Assembly (NCBI GenBank): GCA_946612115.1
Contig: CAMOEI010000003.1
Location: forward strand, 46,515-110,514
DNA length: 64,000 nt
Source of the DNA: an uncultured Bacillales bacterium
Lineage (GTDB): Bacteria > Bacillota_I > Bacilli_A > RFN20 > CAG-826
Reading direction: 5' to 3'
In this document: one piece after another, positions 19,999 through 31,250 of the stretch
Layout: every line of letters starts with the position of its first letter
How positions within the stretch are numbered: the first letter of the stretch is position 1
Notes under the pieces: generated by a model
Database searches by the model: none
Told to the model about the DNA's origin: nothing
The model's input: the letters and a program-made list of their open reading frames with translations, nothing else
Program-made: the position numbers and the translations under genes

Positions 19999-20433
19999 TT
20001 ATTCTAGTGAAGAGATCATATCAACACGTGTTTGATGTCTTCCACCTTCAAATTCAGTGGTTAAAAAGATATCCACTCTTCTAATAACATCATCTAGCTC
20101 CATGAACTTTTGTCCAAAAGAAATAACATTTGCGTCATTATGTTGTCTCATTAATTTGGCAACTTCATCGTTATAAGCAATTCCGCATCTAACACCTTTA
20201 ATCTTATTCGCCGCTATTGAGATGCCTTCCCCAGAAGTACAAACAACAACACCGAATGTACATTCTTTTTTAGAGACGAGTCTAGCAACTTCCGCTCCAA
20301 AGATTGGATAGTGGCAGCTCTCTTTACTATTTGTACCAACATCAACTACATCATAGCCTTTGGCTATCAAATGTTCTTTAATCGCGTTTTTATATTCTAG
20401 TCCACCATGGTCTGAACCAACTGCAATTTTCAT
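19999..20433 (-). CDS. rpiB: Ribose-5-phosphate isomerase B
   Basis: GSDHGG, CTSGEGISIAANK, HNDANV, FEGGRH. Confidence 0.93.
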   Translation of the reverse strand: MKIAVGSDHGGLEYKNAIKEHLIAKGYDVVDVGTNSKESCHYPIFGAEVARLVSKKECTFGVVVCTSGEGISIAANKIKGVRCGIAYNDEVAKLMRQHNDANVISFGQKFMELDDVIRRVDIFLTTEFEGGRHQTRVDMISSLE

Positions 20434-20435
20434 AA

Positions 20436-21029
20436 TTAATCCTCCAATACTTTAATAATTTCTTCTTTTTTAACCGGGCCTTCTCTTAGGACCTTTATTT
20501 CATCTCCAGTGAGATCAACAACAGTGGAAGGGACTCCTCCAACACATTCACCTTCGAAAATAAATCCAACTTCATCATTAAAGATTCGTCTTACTTCTTT
20601 AGAATTCATCGCTGGTTTTTCTCCGCTTCTATTCGCGCTTGGAACAAGAAGTGGTTTACCTAGAAATTTAATAAAATTACATGTTTCTTCTAAAGAAGGA
20701 ACCCTAACTCCGATAACACCTGTATTAAATGTGACATATCCAGGAATAGGTCTTTTGGAAAGAAGTAAGACAGTTATCGATCCAGGCATAAAGGCATCAA
20801 TAATTTTCTTATCTCTTTTAGTCACAAAAGCGTATTTTTCAATATCATTAACATCGCCAAGCATTAAAGTGTACCTTTTATCTTCAGGGCGATTTTTAAT
20901 CTTATTTAAATAATCATAGGCTTGATAATCATCAAAATAGATTCCTAAACCCATCACTGTTTCAGTAGGGAAAGAAATAACTCCGTGATTCTCTAAAACC
21001 GCTTTAGCTTCTTCGTAATTAGATGACAT
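20436..21029 (-). CDS. tsaC: Threonylcarbamoyl-AMP synthase (Sua5/YrdC)
   Basis: FPTETVMGLG, KNRP, PSANRSG, PSTVVD. Confidence 0.9.
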   Translation of the reverse strand: MSSNYEEAKAVLENHGVISFPTETVMGLGIYFDDYQAYDYLNKIKNRPEDKRYTLMLGDVNDIEKYAFVTKRDKKIIDAFMPGSITVLLLSKRPIPGYVTFNTGVIGVRVPSLEETCNFIKFLGKPLLVPSANRSGEKPAMNSKEVRRIFNDEVGFIFEGECVGGVPSTVVDLTGDEIKVLREGPVKKEEIIKVLED

Positions 21030-21879
21030 TGACGTACCCTTCTTTTTTAATGATATATAAGAAACGATCCTTACCACAAATATCTTGATCAAATTTATAA
21101 ATTAATCCTGGGTAACGTTCTTCTATAATCTCTGTTAATTCTTTGGTCATATCTTCACCAATTTCAAACGCCATGAAAAATTCATCTTTAACTATTTCAA
21201 AATCAATAGCTTTTAAAATTTCCTCATAAAAATAGGTCTTTGGATTAGCGAATAAAGCAAGGCGAGGTTCATATTTTAATGTTGCTTCATCAACAGTGTC
21301 TTTATTTCCAATGTAGGGTGGATTAGAAATGATTACATCAACTTTCTTATCTTTAATTGGTTCAAGAATACTTCCTTCTAAAATTTCAATTTCAACGTTA
21401 TGTTTTATAGCGTTTTGTTTTGCTATTTCCAAAGCGTTTTTTGAAATATCTGTGCAAATTACATGAGATTTTTGGAAATATTCTTTTAAATAGATACCTA
21501 ATATACCTGAACCAGTGCCGATATCTACTATTGTGATTTCTGGGTCTTTACCAAATATCTTCATGATAAGTGTAAGAGCGGTAACCACTAATTGTTCAGT
21601 TTCTTGACGTGGGATAAGAACTTCTGGTGTAACAATATAATTTGAATTAACAAAATATGCGTATCCTAAAACATATTGAAGTGGTTCTCCAGACATCACT
21701 CTTTCAATATTTTTATTCAGTTTATTTTCATCCTTAATTGGTTTATCAAAGTTATTTACTAATTGAAAAAACTCACTAAAACCTCCATCATCCATGAGAA
21801 GAGATTTAATAGCAGAATTATTTAGATATTTATTTTGTAATTTTTGTAGTTTGAAGTATTCTTCGCGGTAAGTCATCAA
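21019..21879 (-). CDS. prmC: Release factor glutamine methyltransferase
   Basis: EPLQY, LIPRQETE, DIGTGSG, SNPPY; downstream of prfA. Confidence 0.93.
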   Translation of the reverse strand: MMTYREEYFKLQKLQNKYLNNSAIKSLLMDDGGFSEFFQLVNNFDKPIKDENKLNKNIERVMSGEPLQYVLGYAYFVNSNYIVTPEVLIPRQETEQLVVTALTLIMKIFGKDPEITIVDIGTGSGILGIYLKEYFQKSHVICTDISKNALEIAKQNAIKHNVEIEILEGSILEPIKDKKVDVIISNPPYIGNKDTVDEATLKYEPRLALFANPKTYFYEEILKAIDFEIVKDEFFMAFEIGEDMTKELTEIIEERYPGLIYKFDQDICGKDRFLYIIKKEGYVNVI

Positions 21880-22952
21880 TTTTCACCTGCGATTTTCATC
21901 GATTGGTCATAGTGGATAAGAGCCTCGATAATTTGTTCGAGTTCTCCTTCCATTACTCTATCTAATTGTTGGATAGTAAAACCAATTCGGTGATCAGTAA
22001 CTCTATTTTGAGGATAGTTGTATGTTCTTATTTTTTCACTTCTTTCGCCTGTGCCAATCTTAAGACGTCTTTCATTTCCAATTTCTTCTTGTTGTTTTTC
22101 AAGCATTGTGGAATACATCTTTGCTCTTAACATTTGCATAGCGATTTCTCTATTTTGAATTTGTGATTTTTCAGTTTGGCACGCAACAACAATTCCAGTA
22201 GGAATATGTGTAATACGAACTGCGGATTCAGTTTTATTAACGTTTTGTCCACCGGCGCCTTGAGAGTGATAGGTATCAACTTGTAAATCGTTTGGATTGA
22301 TTTCAACATCAATTTCTTCAGCTTCAGGCATGACTAATACAGTTGCAGTAGAGGTATGAATACGTCCACTGGCTTCTGTTTTTGGGACTCTTTGAACTCG
22401 GTGAGCGCCAGATTCAAACTTGAGTTTGGAGTAAACCATTTTTCCTTTAATCATAAAAGAAACTTGAGAGAACCCACCAGCCTCAGAAGGGTATTGATCC
22501 ATCATTTGAATCTTCCATCCTTGAGATTCAGCGTATCTGGTGTACATTCTAAATAAATCACCAGCAAAGATGTTTGCTTCGTCTCCTCCAGCAGCGCCTC
22601 TAATTTCAACAATAATGTTTTTATCATCATTAGGGTCTTTCGGGAGAAGCATTTCTCTAAGCTCTTCTTCAAGACGTTCCATTTCTTTGGTTAATCTTTT
22701 AGCTTCTTCTTTACCCATTTCGGATAATTCAGGATCGCTTTCATTAGCCATCTCTTGGGCTTCTACGAATTCAGAAGAGTATTTATTATATAGATTAAAA
22801 GTCTCGACTTGTGGTTCGAGATTCGCTCTTTCTTTAGAGATTTCTCTAAAGTGTTTGAGATCTTTCATCGTGTTTTCATCGAGTAATTCTTTGTCAATTT
22901 CTTCAAGTCTACTAACAGCGACTTTAAGTCTTTGAAACATGCTTTCTTCCAT
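21876..22952 (-). CDS. prfA: Peptide chain release factor 1
   Basis: PKT motif, GGQ, RTYNYPQNRVTDHR. Confidence 0.98.
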   Translation of the reverse strand: MEESMFQRLKVAVSRLEEIDKELLDENTMKDLKHFREISKERANLEPQVETFNLYNKYSSEFVEAQEMANESDPELSEMGKEEAKRLTKEMERLEEELREMLLPKDPNDDKNIIVEIRGAAGGDEANIFAGDLFRMYTRYAESQGWKIQMMDQYPSEAGGFSQVSFMIKGKMVYSKLKFESGAHRVQRVPKTEASGRIHTSTATVLVMPEAEEIDVEINPNDLQVDTYHSQGAGGQNVNKTESAVRITHIPTGIVVACQTEKSQIQNREIAMQMLRAKMYSTMLEKQQEEIGNERRLKIGTGERSEKIRTYNYPQNRVTDHRIGFTIQQLDRVMEGELEQIIEALIHYDQSMKIAGEN

Positions 22953-23086
22953 AAATACCTCTTTGCCGGAAGTTATTGTATCACAATTAGGAAAGAAGAA
23001 AAAGAGTGATAGAAACTTCCTTAATATTAATATTAATTCTTCAAAGAAACTCTTAAGTGAGATATACTAGAAAAAGGTAAAAAATC

Positions 23087-24775
23087 ATGGCGTATAAAGC
23101 ATTATATAGAACATACCGTCCTCAAACTTTTGAAGAAGTTGCTGGACAAGAACATATCGTTAAAACATTAAAGAATGCCTTAGCAACAGGAAAGATCTCT
23201 CATGCCTATCTTTTTGCTGGTCCTAGAGGAACAGGAAAAACAACGATGGCGAAGCTATTTGCAAAAGCATTAAATTGTGAAGAAGGTATTGGTCATCAAT
23301 GTAATAAATGTCGTAACTGTCAGGCTATTATGGATGGTTCTCATCCAGATGTTTTGGAACTAGACGCGGCAAGTAATAACGGTGTTGATGAAATTAGAGA
23401 GTTAATTGACAAAGTCAAATACGGCACAATCCTTGGAAAATACAAGGTTTATATCATCGACGAAGTCCATATGCTTTCAGTAGGGGCGTTTAACGCACTT
23501 TTAAAAACATTAGAAGAACCTCCAGAACATGTCGTCTTCATCTTAGCGACCACTGAGCCTCATAAGATTCTTCCTACTATTCTATCTAGATGTCAAAGAT
23601 ATGACTTTAACAAAGTTAGTGAAGAAGATATTAAAGAAAGAATTAAGACTATCTTATTAAATGAAGATGTCGAATATAACGAAGAGGCCATTAAATTAAT
23701 TGTTAATCTCGCTGACGGAGGTATGAGAGACGCTTTATCGATTTTAGAAAAAGTTCTCGCTTATTCCGGTAACACATTAAAAGTGGATGATATTTTGAAC
23801 ATCTTCTCTTTAGAGAGCAAAGAAGAAAAGATTAATTTACTTAACTCGATTATCGCTCACAATATGAGTGATGTTTTAGATAGGCTCAACAAATATATTA
23901 CCAAAGGTACTGATATCAAAAGATTAACTGAAGATTTATTAGTCATCTTAAAAGATGTTCTTATCTATAATTCCTCAAGTAACGAATCCTATTTAGAAAC
24001 ATTAAATAAGGAAGAGGCAAAAGCCTTAACTTATAAAATCTCCACAGATAGAGTGGTGAAGATGATCGATATTTTAATGAATACAGTGAAAGATTATAAA
24101 AATGTCACAGCGATTAATCCGTTATTTGAAATCACTTTAATCAAGCTCTGTTCAATGGATGATGAATTCTCTAAAAAAGTTATTTCTCAACCTAAGGTTG
24201 AAACAAAACCAGTTGAAGAAAAAGTTGTAGCGGAAGAAGCGAAAATTCCTGAACCAGTAAAAGTAGAAGAACCTGCTCCTACTATTAAAGAAGAAGTTAA
24301 AGTTGATTTACCAATTGAAGACACCAAGATTGTTGAAGATGTCATCATCTTAAAAGACGCAGAAGGTGATGAAGGATATTCTATCACTGATAACCAAATG
24401 GTTAATGTCATGGTGGTTTCCAAAAAAGAAATCAAATCTGAACTTCTAGAAGGATGGAAAAATATCAAACGATTAACAATTCATCCAAGTTTAGGCAAGG
24501 CCGCAACATTATTAATCGATGGTCGTCCTTTAGTAGCCTCTAATAAAATCGTTATCCTTGAATATCAAATGCCAAAACTAGCCGAGAAAGTAAATCTCAA
24601 AGATATTCAGGCTGAATTACAAACTGTTTTAAAACAAGTATTCAATCGACAAATGTTTGTCTACGCGGTTAGTAGAACCAGATCAGTTGATTTACAAGCC
24701 TTATACATGAATCTTTTACAAATTGGAAAATTACCAAAGGCCAAAGATGTTATTTTAGAATTTGAAGGAGAATAG
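23087..24775 (+). CDS. dnaX: DNA polymerase III gamma/tau
   Basis: [24 protein letters not shown]. Confidence 0.97.
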   Translation: MAYKALYRTYRPQTFEEVAGQEHIVKTLKNALATGKISHAYLFAGPRGTGKTTMAKLFAKALNCEEGIGHQCNKCRNCQAIMDGSHPDVLELDAASNNGVDEIRELIDKVKYGTILGKYKVYIIDEVHMLSVGAFNALLKTLEEPPEHVVFILATTEPHKILPTILSRCQRYDFNKVSEEDIKERIKTILLNEDVEYNEEAIKLIVNLADGGMRDALSILEKVLAYSGNTLKVDDILNIFSLESKEEKINLLNSIIAHNMSDVLDRLNKYITKGTDIKRLTEDLLVILKDVLIYNSSSNESYLETLNKEEAKALTYKISTDRVVKMIDILMNTVKDYKNVTAINPLFEITLIKLCSMDDEFSKKVISQPKVETKPVEEKVVAEEAKIPEPVKVEEPAPTIKEEVKVDLPIEDTKIVEDVIILKDAEGDEGYSITDNQMVNVMVVSKKEIKSELLEGWKNIKRLTIHPSLGKAATLLIDGRPLVASNKIVILEYQMPKLAEKVNLKDIQAELQTVLKQVFNRQMFVYAVSRTRSVDLQALYMNLLQIGKLPKAKDVILEFEGE

Positions 24776-24779
24776 ATTT

Positions 24780-25082
24780 ATGAACATGCAACAAATGATG
24801 ATTCAAGCTCAGAAGATGCAAAGAGAACTTCAAAAAGCTCAAAAAGCACTCGCTGAAAAAGAATTTAAAGTTAATAAAGCCGGACTCGTAGAAATCACTG
24901 TTTTAGGCAGTAAAGAAATTGTCTCAATTAACATCGAAGAAGACGGTTTTGAAGCCGATAATAAGGAAATGGTGGAAGAGTTAATTAGAGATGGGTTGAA
25001 CGAATTATTCGCGCAAATCGACGAGGAAAGTGAAAAAATTAACGAAAAAATCACCGGAAGAGCAGGAGGATTAGGCTTTTAA
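24780..25082 (+). CDS. YbaB/EbfC nucleoid-associated protein
   Basis: MNMQQMMIQAQKMQ; lies between dnaX and recR. Confidence 0.9.
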   Translation: MNMQQMMIQAQKMQRELQKAQKALAEKEFKVNKAGLVEITVLGSKEIVSINIEEDGFEADNKEMVEELIRDGLNELFAQIDEESEKINEKITGRAGGLGF

Positions 25083-25678
25083 TGGAAAAGCTTAAAGCTC
25101 TAGAAAATTTAGAAGAAAATCTCTATAAACTCCCTGGAGTTGGTAGAAAGTCTGCAGAACGTATGGCGTATGCTATGCTTGATTTTGATGATGAAAAATT
25201 AGAGGAAATCGCTACCGCTATTAAAGACATCAAAAAAGAAATTAGATTCTGCCCAAAATGCGGAATGATTACCGATAAAGATACTTGCTATATCTGTGAT
25301 GATGATAGTAGAGACAAATCCACAATCATGGTGGTCTCATATCCAAAAGATGTTATCTCACTAGAAAAAAGCAACGCCTATAACGGGCTATATCATGTAC
25401 TAAACGGAGAACTTTGTTTAACTAAAGGCATTAATGTCGATTCATTAAACATCTCTCCTTTATTAGATAGATTAGAAAGTGGAAATATTAATGAGGTGAT
25501 TCTCGCTACCAATCCTACTGTAGATGGAGAAACAACATCTGCTTATCTAGCAAAATTATTAGAAAAATATAGCATCACAATTTCTCGTCTTGCGTATGGT
25601 TTACAAATGGGTGGAAATCTCGATTATGTTGATCCACTAACATTATCTAAATCATTACAAGGAAGACATAAGATTTAG
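25082..25678 (+). CDS. recR: Recombination protein RecR
   Basis: LPGVGRKSAER, C4 zinc finger, ATNPTVDGETT. Confidence 0.96.
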   Translation: MEKLKALENLEENLYKLPGVGRKSAERMAYAMLDFDDEKLEEIATAIKDIKKEIRFCPKCGMITDKDTCYICDDDSRDKSTIMVVSYPKDVISLEKSNAYNGLYHVLNGELCLTKGINVDSLNISPLLDRLESGNINEVILATNPTVDGETTSAYLAKLLEKYSITISRLAYGLQMGGNLDYVDPLTLSKSLQGRHKI

Positions 25679-25688
25679 GAGGAACACT

Positions 25689-26309
25689 ATGTTTATTACA
25701 CTTGAAGGACCTGAAGGTTCAGGAAAAACAACTGCGGTAGATTACGCAGTTAAAGCCTTAGAAGAAAAAGGCTACCAAATTGTGAGAACTAGAGAACCTG
25801 GTGGCACTCCAATTTCTGAACAAATTAGAAATGTTATCTTAGATAAAAACAACACCAAGATGGATCCAAGAACTGAAGCGTTACTTTACGCTGCTAGCAG
25901 AAGACAACATCTAGTGGAAAAGGTTTGGCCTGCCATTAAAGAAGGCAAAATTGTTATTTGCGATCGTTATTTAGATTCCTCTTTAGCCTATCAAGGAGGC
26001 GCTAGAGGATTAGGAGTAGATAACATTTTAAATGTTAATCTTTTCGCTACCGAAAATACTTTCCCAGATTTAACACTTTTATTTGATATCAAACCTGAAG
26101 AAGGTTTAAAACGTATCGCCGCTAATGCGAATAGAGAAGTCAATCGTCTTGATTTAGAGAAGATTGAATTCCATAACAAAGTTAGAGAGACTTTTTTAGA
26201 TTTAGCAAAACGCTACCCGGATAGATTTGTCATAATCGATGCTTCAAAAAGTAGAGAAGAAGTCGCTAAAGCAACATTAGAGGCCATCTTATCTAGATTA
26301 TGCAAATAG
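25689..26309 (+). CDS. tmk: Thymidylate kinase
   Basis: EGPEGSGKTT, TREPGG, DRYLDSSLAYQG. Confidence 0.97.
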   Translation: MFITLEGPEGSGKTTAVDYAVKALEEKGYQIVRTREPGGTPISEQIRNVILDKNNTKMDPRTEALLYAASRRQHLVEKVWPAIKEGKIVICDRYLDSSLAYQGGARGLGVDNILNVNLFATENTFPDLTLLFDIKPEEGLKRIAANANREVNRLDLEKIEFHNKVRETFLDLAKRYPDRFVIIDASKSREEVAKATLEAILSRLCK

Positions 26310-27292
26310 GGAAATATTTAAAAGATAATCAACCAATCATCTATCAAACATTTACCAATTCTTTAAAGAATCACACCCTTTCGCATGCCTATTTATTAGT
26401 GGGTGCTCCTGGAACACCTTTACTAGAAGTATCTAAATACTTAGTAAAAACTATTTTATGTGATGATCCATCTCCTTTAGCGTGTGATAACTGCATCACC
26501 TGTTTAAGAATCGATAGTAATAACTATCCTGATGTCGTTATTTTAGATGGCAGCAAAGCTACGATTAAAAAGAGCGATGTCTTAGAAATAGAATCAAGAT
26601 TTGAAAAGACCGCTTTCGAGACAAAAGGAATCATGGTCTATATTCTCCATTTAGTGGAAAATATGACTGTTGATGCGGTTAACTCAATATTAAAGTTTTT
26701 AGAAGAACCTGATAGTGAAGTTTACGCTTTTTTAACCACTAATAATGTAAATAATGTTTTGCCAACAATCATTTCTAGATGCCAAACATTAAATCTCATA
26801 AGTGTTGATCGAAACAAAGTTATCGAAGACGCGAAAAGTTATCTAGTGGAAGATAGCGACGCTGAATTCTTGTCATATTTCTATAATGACGGAGAACTCA
26901 TCTATGAACTGCTAAATGATGAAGAGAGAAAAGATGACTATCTCATCTCTAAAGAAGCATTAACTAATTTACTAGAGGAATTAAATACAGGTAATCCACG
27001 AGATTCTATCTACTATGTTGATAAAGTAATTGTTCCGAAGATCAAAACAAAAGAAGAAATGAGATTCTTTGTCGACATGCTCGCTAATGTGTTTGAAGAT
27101 TTATTAAACATTAAATGTAATCGTGAAATATCTTTAAAAAGTTATGGTACAATATTAGCCAGTTTGTCTAGCAAACTACTTCATATTGAAAAATCATTGC
27201 AAGAAATCTTAAAGCAAAGAAACCTCATCAACATGAATCTCAATATCTCTTTGCAACTCGATCACTTAATCTTATCAATCGTAAAGGAATAA
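26300..27292 (+). CDS. holB: DNA polymerase III delta' subunit
   Basis: SHAYL, zinc motif, LKFLEEP, TIISRCQ; follows tmk. Confidence 0.9.
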   Translation: MQIGKYLKDNQPIIYQTFTNSLKNHTLSHAYLLVGAPGTPLLEVSKYLVKTILCDDPSPLACDNCITCLRIDSNNYPDVVILDGSKATIKKSDVLEIESRFEKTAFETKGIMVYILHLVENMTVDAVNSILKFLEEPDSEVYAFLTTNNVNNVLPTIISRCQTLNLISVDRNKVIEDAKSYLVEDSDAEFLSYFYNDGELIYELLNDEERKDDYLISKEALTNLLEELNTGNPRDSIYYVDKVIVPKIKTKEEMRFFVDMLANVFEDLLNIKCNREISLKSYGTILASLSSKLLHIEKSLQEILKQRNLINMNLNISLQLDHLILSIVKE

Positions 27293-27298
27293 ACATTT

Positions 27299-28231
27299 AT
27301 GGAAGAAAATAATATCAATCAATTTAAACAATACGTCGGAGTCAAATTCTCATACACCACTCACGCTTATTTTTTTGGAGTAGGTGATTTAGATGTTAAA
27401 GTTGGAGATAAAGTTGTAGTTGAAACTACCCATGGTCCAGAGCTTGGTGAAATCGCTTTTGAACCAATTGATATCTCTCAATATAAAAGCGAATTATTAC
27501 TAAGACCAATATTAAGAAAAGCTACTGATACAGACGTCAAATTAGCGGAAATTAACGAAAAAGACGCTGTTTTTGCGAAGGAAATCTGCAAATCAGAGAT
27601 TGAAAAAGCAGGTTTAGATATGTCTCTTATTTCTTGTGAATATACTTTAGATAAAGGAAAAGTTGTTTTTACTTATGTCGCTGATGAAAGAGTGGATTTT
27701 AGAGAACTCTTAAAAGCTTTAGCGAGTAAACTTCATACCAGAATTGAACTCCGTCAAATCGGTAGTAGAGATAAAGCTAAACTAGTTGGAGGGCTTGGAA
27801 TGTGTGGCCTTCCACTTTGCTGCTCTTCTTTCTTAAATGAGTTTGATGGCATTTCAATAACAAGAGCAAAAAACCAAATGCTCGCCATCAATATTCCTAA
27901 ATTAAGCGGACACTGTGGAAAGCTTATGTGCTGCTTAAAATATGAAGATGATGCCTATACTGATTTAAAAACCCTATATCCAGAAGTGGGAAGTAAATGC
28001 TTTATTGATAAAGTTGAATATACAGTTAGTCAAATCAATGTTATTTCTTCTACCGTTAGAGTGGATAATGAAGAAGACACTAAGATTCTTTCTTTAGAAG
28101 ATTTCATTTCTCAAACCGGTTTTAGAAACAAAAAACAACAAGAAGAAAGAAAAGAATTTAGAAATAACAACAATCACCATAACCGTGATTTCAGAAATAA
28201 GAATAGAAACAATAACAATGAAAAGAATTAA
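27299..28231 (+). CDS. yaaT: PSP1-domain protein YaaT/RicT
   Basis: RVDFRELLK, RIELRQIG, GMCG..CC, SGHCGKLMCCLKYE. Confidence 0.92.
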   Translation: MEENNINQFKQYVGVKFSYTTHAYFFGVGDLDVKVGDKVVVETTHGPELGEIAFEPIDISQYKSELLLRPILRKATDTDVKLAEINEKDAVFAKEICKSEIEKAGLDMSLISCEYTLDKGKVVFTYVADERVDFRELLKALASKLHTRIELRQIGSRDKAKLVGGLGMCGLPLCCSSFLNEFDGISITRAKNQMLAINIPKLSGHCGKLMCCLKYEDDAYTDLKTLYPEVGSKCFIDKVEYTVSQINVISSTVRVDNEEDTKILSLEDFISQTGFRNKKQQEERKEFRNNNNHHNRDFRNKNRNNNNEKN

Positions 28232-29057
28232 ATCTTTTGATTCATCTCATAAAGTTTTATATTTAATCGCTACTCCAATAGGTAACTTAGGAGAGTTTTC
28301 TTCTCGCGCTATCGAAACGATTAATGAAATGGATTTAATCGCTGCGGAAGATACTAGAAATACTGGCGATCTTTTACACAAGTTTGGGATTAAAAAACCA
28401 CTAGTCTCTTTAAGAGAACATAATGAAATTGAAGCCTCAAATAAAATCGTTGAACAGATTAAAGAAGGTAAAAAAGTTGCCTATATGTCAGATGCTGGAT
28501 ATCCAGGTATCTCTGACCCTGGCTATTTATTAACAAAGATTTGTATTGAAAACGATATCGCTGTGTCAGTTATATCTGGTAGCAGTGCTTTTATTAACGC
28601 TTTAGTGAGTTCTGGTTTACCAACTGATCACTTTTATTTCTACGGTTTTTTACCTGTTAAAGATGGAGAAGCAAAAGAAGTATTAGATGATTTAAAAGTT
28701 AGAAAAGAAACTATCGTTTTATATGAAAGTCCACACCGCATAAAAGATACACTTCAAAAATTATTAGATAATCTTGGAGATCGATATATTGTCTTACAAA
28801 GAGAATTAACAAAGATTAACGAAGAGAAGATCTACGGACATTTAAGCGAAATATTATCTTTAGATTTCTCTACCTTAAAAGGAGAAATGGTTATTGTTAT
28901 TGAAGGTAATAAAGGAGAACCTTCTTTAAGCGAAGAAGAAATTATAGAAAAAGTTAACTTCTTTATAAATAAAGGAATGAGCAAAAAGGATGCGATAGAA
29001 ACAACTTCAATTATCTATAACATCCGTAAAAATCTCTTAAAAGACTTATTTAAATAA
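28218..29057 (+). CDS. rsmI: 16S rRNA C1402 2'-O-methyltransferase
   Basis: ATPIGNL, EDTR, SDAGYPGISDPG, YESPHR, RELTK. Confidence 0.95.
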   Translation: MKRIKSFDSSHKVLYLIATPIGNLGEFSSRAIETINEMDLIAAEDTRNTGDLLHKFGIKKPLVSLREHNEIEASNKIVEQIKEGKKVAYMSDAGYPGISDPGYLLTKICIENDIAVSVISGSSAFINALVSSGLPTDHFYFYGFLPVKDGEAKEVLDDLKVRKETIVLYESPHRIKDTLQKLLDNLGDRYIVLQRELTKINEEKIYGHLSEILSLDFSTLKGEMVIVIEGNKGEPSLSEEEIIEKVNFFINKGMSKKDAIETTSIIYNIRKNLLKDLFK

Positions 29058-29129
29058 ATAAAAATTCTTGAAATATCAAATTATCTTTTCTATCATTGAA
29101 AAGATTTTTTTTGTATCGAGGAGGGTTTT

Positions 29130-30962
29130 ATGGAATTAAGAAACATCGCAATTATCGCTCACGTAGACCACGGCAAGACCACACTTGTTGACCAATTATT
29201 AAAAGCTAGTGAGACATTTAGAGATAACGAAGAATTGAATGACCGCGCAATGGATTCCAATGATATCGAAAGAGAAAGAGGAATCACTATTTTAGCTAAA
29301 ACCACTTCAATTATTTATCACGATACAAAAATTAATATCTTAGACACTCCAGGTCACGCTGACTTTGGAGGAGAAGTTGAAAGAATCATGAACATGGTGG
29401 ATGGATGCCTATTATTAGTGGACGCTTTTGAAGGAACCATGCCACAAACTAGATTCGTTTTAAAGAAAGCTTTAGAAGCACATGTCAAACCTATCGTTGT
29501 CATCAATAAAATTGACCGCGCAAATATTGATGTCGCTAAGACTTTAGATGAAGTTTTAACTTTATTTATTGAATTAGGAGCGCCTGATGAATTCTTAGAA
29601 TTCAAAACAGTCTACGCTAGTGCGTTAAAAGGTACTTCTTCTTATGATAGTGATCCAGCTAGTCAAGTAGCTGGAATGGACGCTATTTTACAAACTATTA
29701 TTGATGAAATTCCTGCCCCAAATATGGACAAGGATTCGCCATTACAACTACAAATTTCTTTATTAGACTATAACGACTTTGTTGGAAGAATTGGTATCGG
29801 CACTATTAAAAGAGGAACGATTAAAGTTAATGAAACTGTCTCTGTTAGTAGATTAGATGGACAAGTTAATAACTTTAGAGTCTTAAAACTCTTTGGTTTC
29901 CAAGGATTAAAAAGATTAGAAATTGAAGAAGCTTACGCTGGAGATATCGTTGCAGTCGCTGGATTAAGTGATATCAACGTTGGAGAAACTATCTGCACAA
30001 TGGGAAAAGTTGAACCATTACCATTAATTAGATTGGATGAACCAACTCTTCAAATGACTTTTGGCACTAACTCTTCTCCATTTTCTGGAAAAGACGGTAA
30101 ACAACTTACCGCCAGAAAAATCGAAGAAAGATTATATCGTGAAACTCAAAAGGATGTTGCCTTAAGAGTGGAAAGAATTCCAAATACTGAATCTTGGATC
30201 GTTTCAGGAAGAGGTGAATTACATCTTTCAATTTTAATTGAAAATATGAGAAGAGAAAGCTTCGAATTAGAAGTTAGTAAACCTCAAGTCATCATTAAAG
30301 AAATTGATGGCAAGAAATGTGAACCATATGAAGACTTATTCATCGATGTTCCAAATGAATATGTTGGAGATATCATGACCACAATTGGAGAAAGAAATGG
30401 TGAACTCATCAATATGGATGCGAAAGAAACTGTCACCATTTTAAACTATGTCATTCCTTCAAGAGGTTTATTAGGTTATATGACTAATTTTATGACCTTA
30501 ACCAAAGGATATGGCATTCTCTCTCACACATATAAAGAGTATCGTCCAATCACTAACGCAACAATTGGAGAAAGAAACATTGGTGTTTTAGTCTCTGTTG
30601 CTTCAGGACAAGCCACTCCATACGCCATTGAACACACTGAAGAAAGAGGAACAATGTTTATCTCTCCAGGTACTGAAGTATATGAAGGAATGATTGTTGG
30701 AGAACACCGTTATGATTTCGACTTAGCGGTTAATGTTACCGAAAAGAAGAATCTTACAAACGTTAGAAGTAGTAACAAAGATAACACAGTTGTCTTAAAG
30801 TCTCCTCGTAAAATGTCACTAGAAGCATGTTTAGATTATATCAACTCAGATGAGCTTGTTGAGATCACTCCAACAACCTTCAGAATGAGAAAGAAAATCT
30901 TAAATACTGCTGAAAGAAAGAAACACGACGCTCACGTTAAAAAAGAGCAAGAAAACAACTAA
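29130..30962 (+). CDS. typA: Translational GTPase TypA/BipA
   Basis: AHVDHGKTT, DTPGHADFGGEVER, GRGELHL. Confidence 0.98.
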   Translation: MELRNIAIIAHVDHGKTTLVDQLLKASETFRDNEELNDRAMDSNDIERERGITILAKTTSIIYHDTKINILDTPGHADFGGEVERIMNMVDGCLLLVDAFEGTMPQTRFVLKKALEAHVKPIVVINKIDRANIDVAKTLDEVLTLFIELGAPDEFLEFKTVYASALKGTSSYDSDPASQVAGMDAILQTIIDEIPAPNMDKDSPLQLQISLLDYNDFVGRIGIGTIKRGTIKVNETVSVSRLDGQVNNFRVLKLFGFQGLKRLEIEEAYAGDIVAVAGLSDINVGETICTMGKVEPLPLIRLDEPTLQMTFGTNSSPFSGKDGKQLTARKIEERLYRETQKDVALRVERIPNTESWIVSGRGELHLSILIENMRRESFELEVSKPQVIIKEIDGKKCEPYEDLFIDVPNEYVGDIMTTIGERNGELINMDAKETVTILNYVIPSRGLLGYMTNFMTLTKGYGILSHTYKEYRPITNATIGERNIGVLVSVASGQATPYAIEHTEERGTMFISPGTEVYEGMIVGEHRYDFDLAVNVTEKKNLTNVRSSNKDNTVVLKSPRKMSLEACLDYINSDELVEITPTTFRMRKKILNTAERKKHDAHVKKEQENN

Positions 30963-30991
30963 AAAAGCTGGCAAAAACCAGCTTTTTGTTT
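30961..30991. terminator. Bidirectional terminator
   Basis: AAAAAAGCTGG-CAAAAA-CCAGCTTTTT between convergent genes. Confidence 0.75.
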
Positions 30992-31014
30992 AAAAACTAA
31001 TAAAAATTTAGTAA

Positions 31015-31227
31015 TTATCTTTTTGCTTTAATACGGCCTTTGTTTTCGCCTTTTGAGTTATGAACCAACATTTTTCCATCTTGGTTGTTGGCCATTTTCT
31101 TTGAGTACTCAATAGCTTCTTTTTGGGTCTTAAATAACTTGATAGCTTTTTGTCCGCCAGCGTATTTAACTTCCCATTTTCCGTCGTCTCTTTTAACGAC
31201 ATGATAGACACGTGTTGCTTCTGCCAT
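31015..31227 (-). CDS. DUF2188-like small protein
   Basis: YHVV...WEVK..G..KA.KLFKTQKEAI pattern. Confidence 0.75.
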   Translation of the reverse strand: MAEATRVYHVVKRDDGKWEVKYAGGQKAIKLFKTQKEAIEYSKKMANNQDGKMLVHNSKGENKGRIKAKR

Positions 31228-31250
31228 AAATCTTCTCTCCTTTTTAAAAC

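Noticed and set aside
28140-28231. Asn/Arg-rich repeats at the yaaT 3' end
   Set aside because: Low-complexity disordered tail, common in this family.
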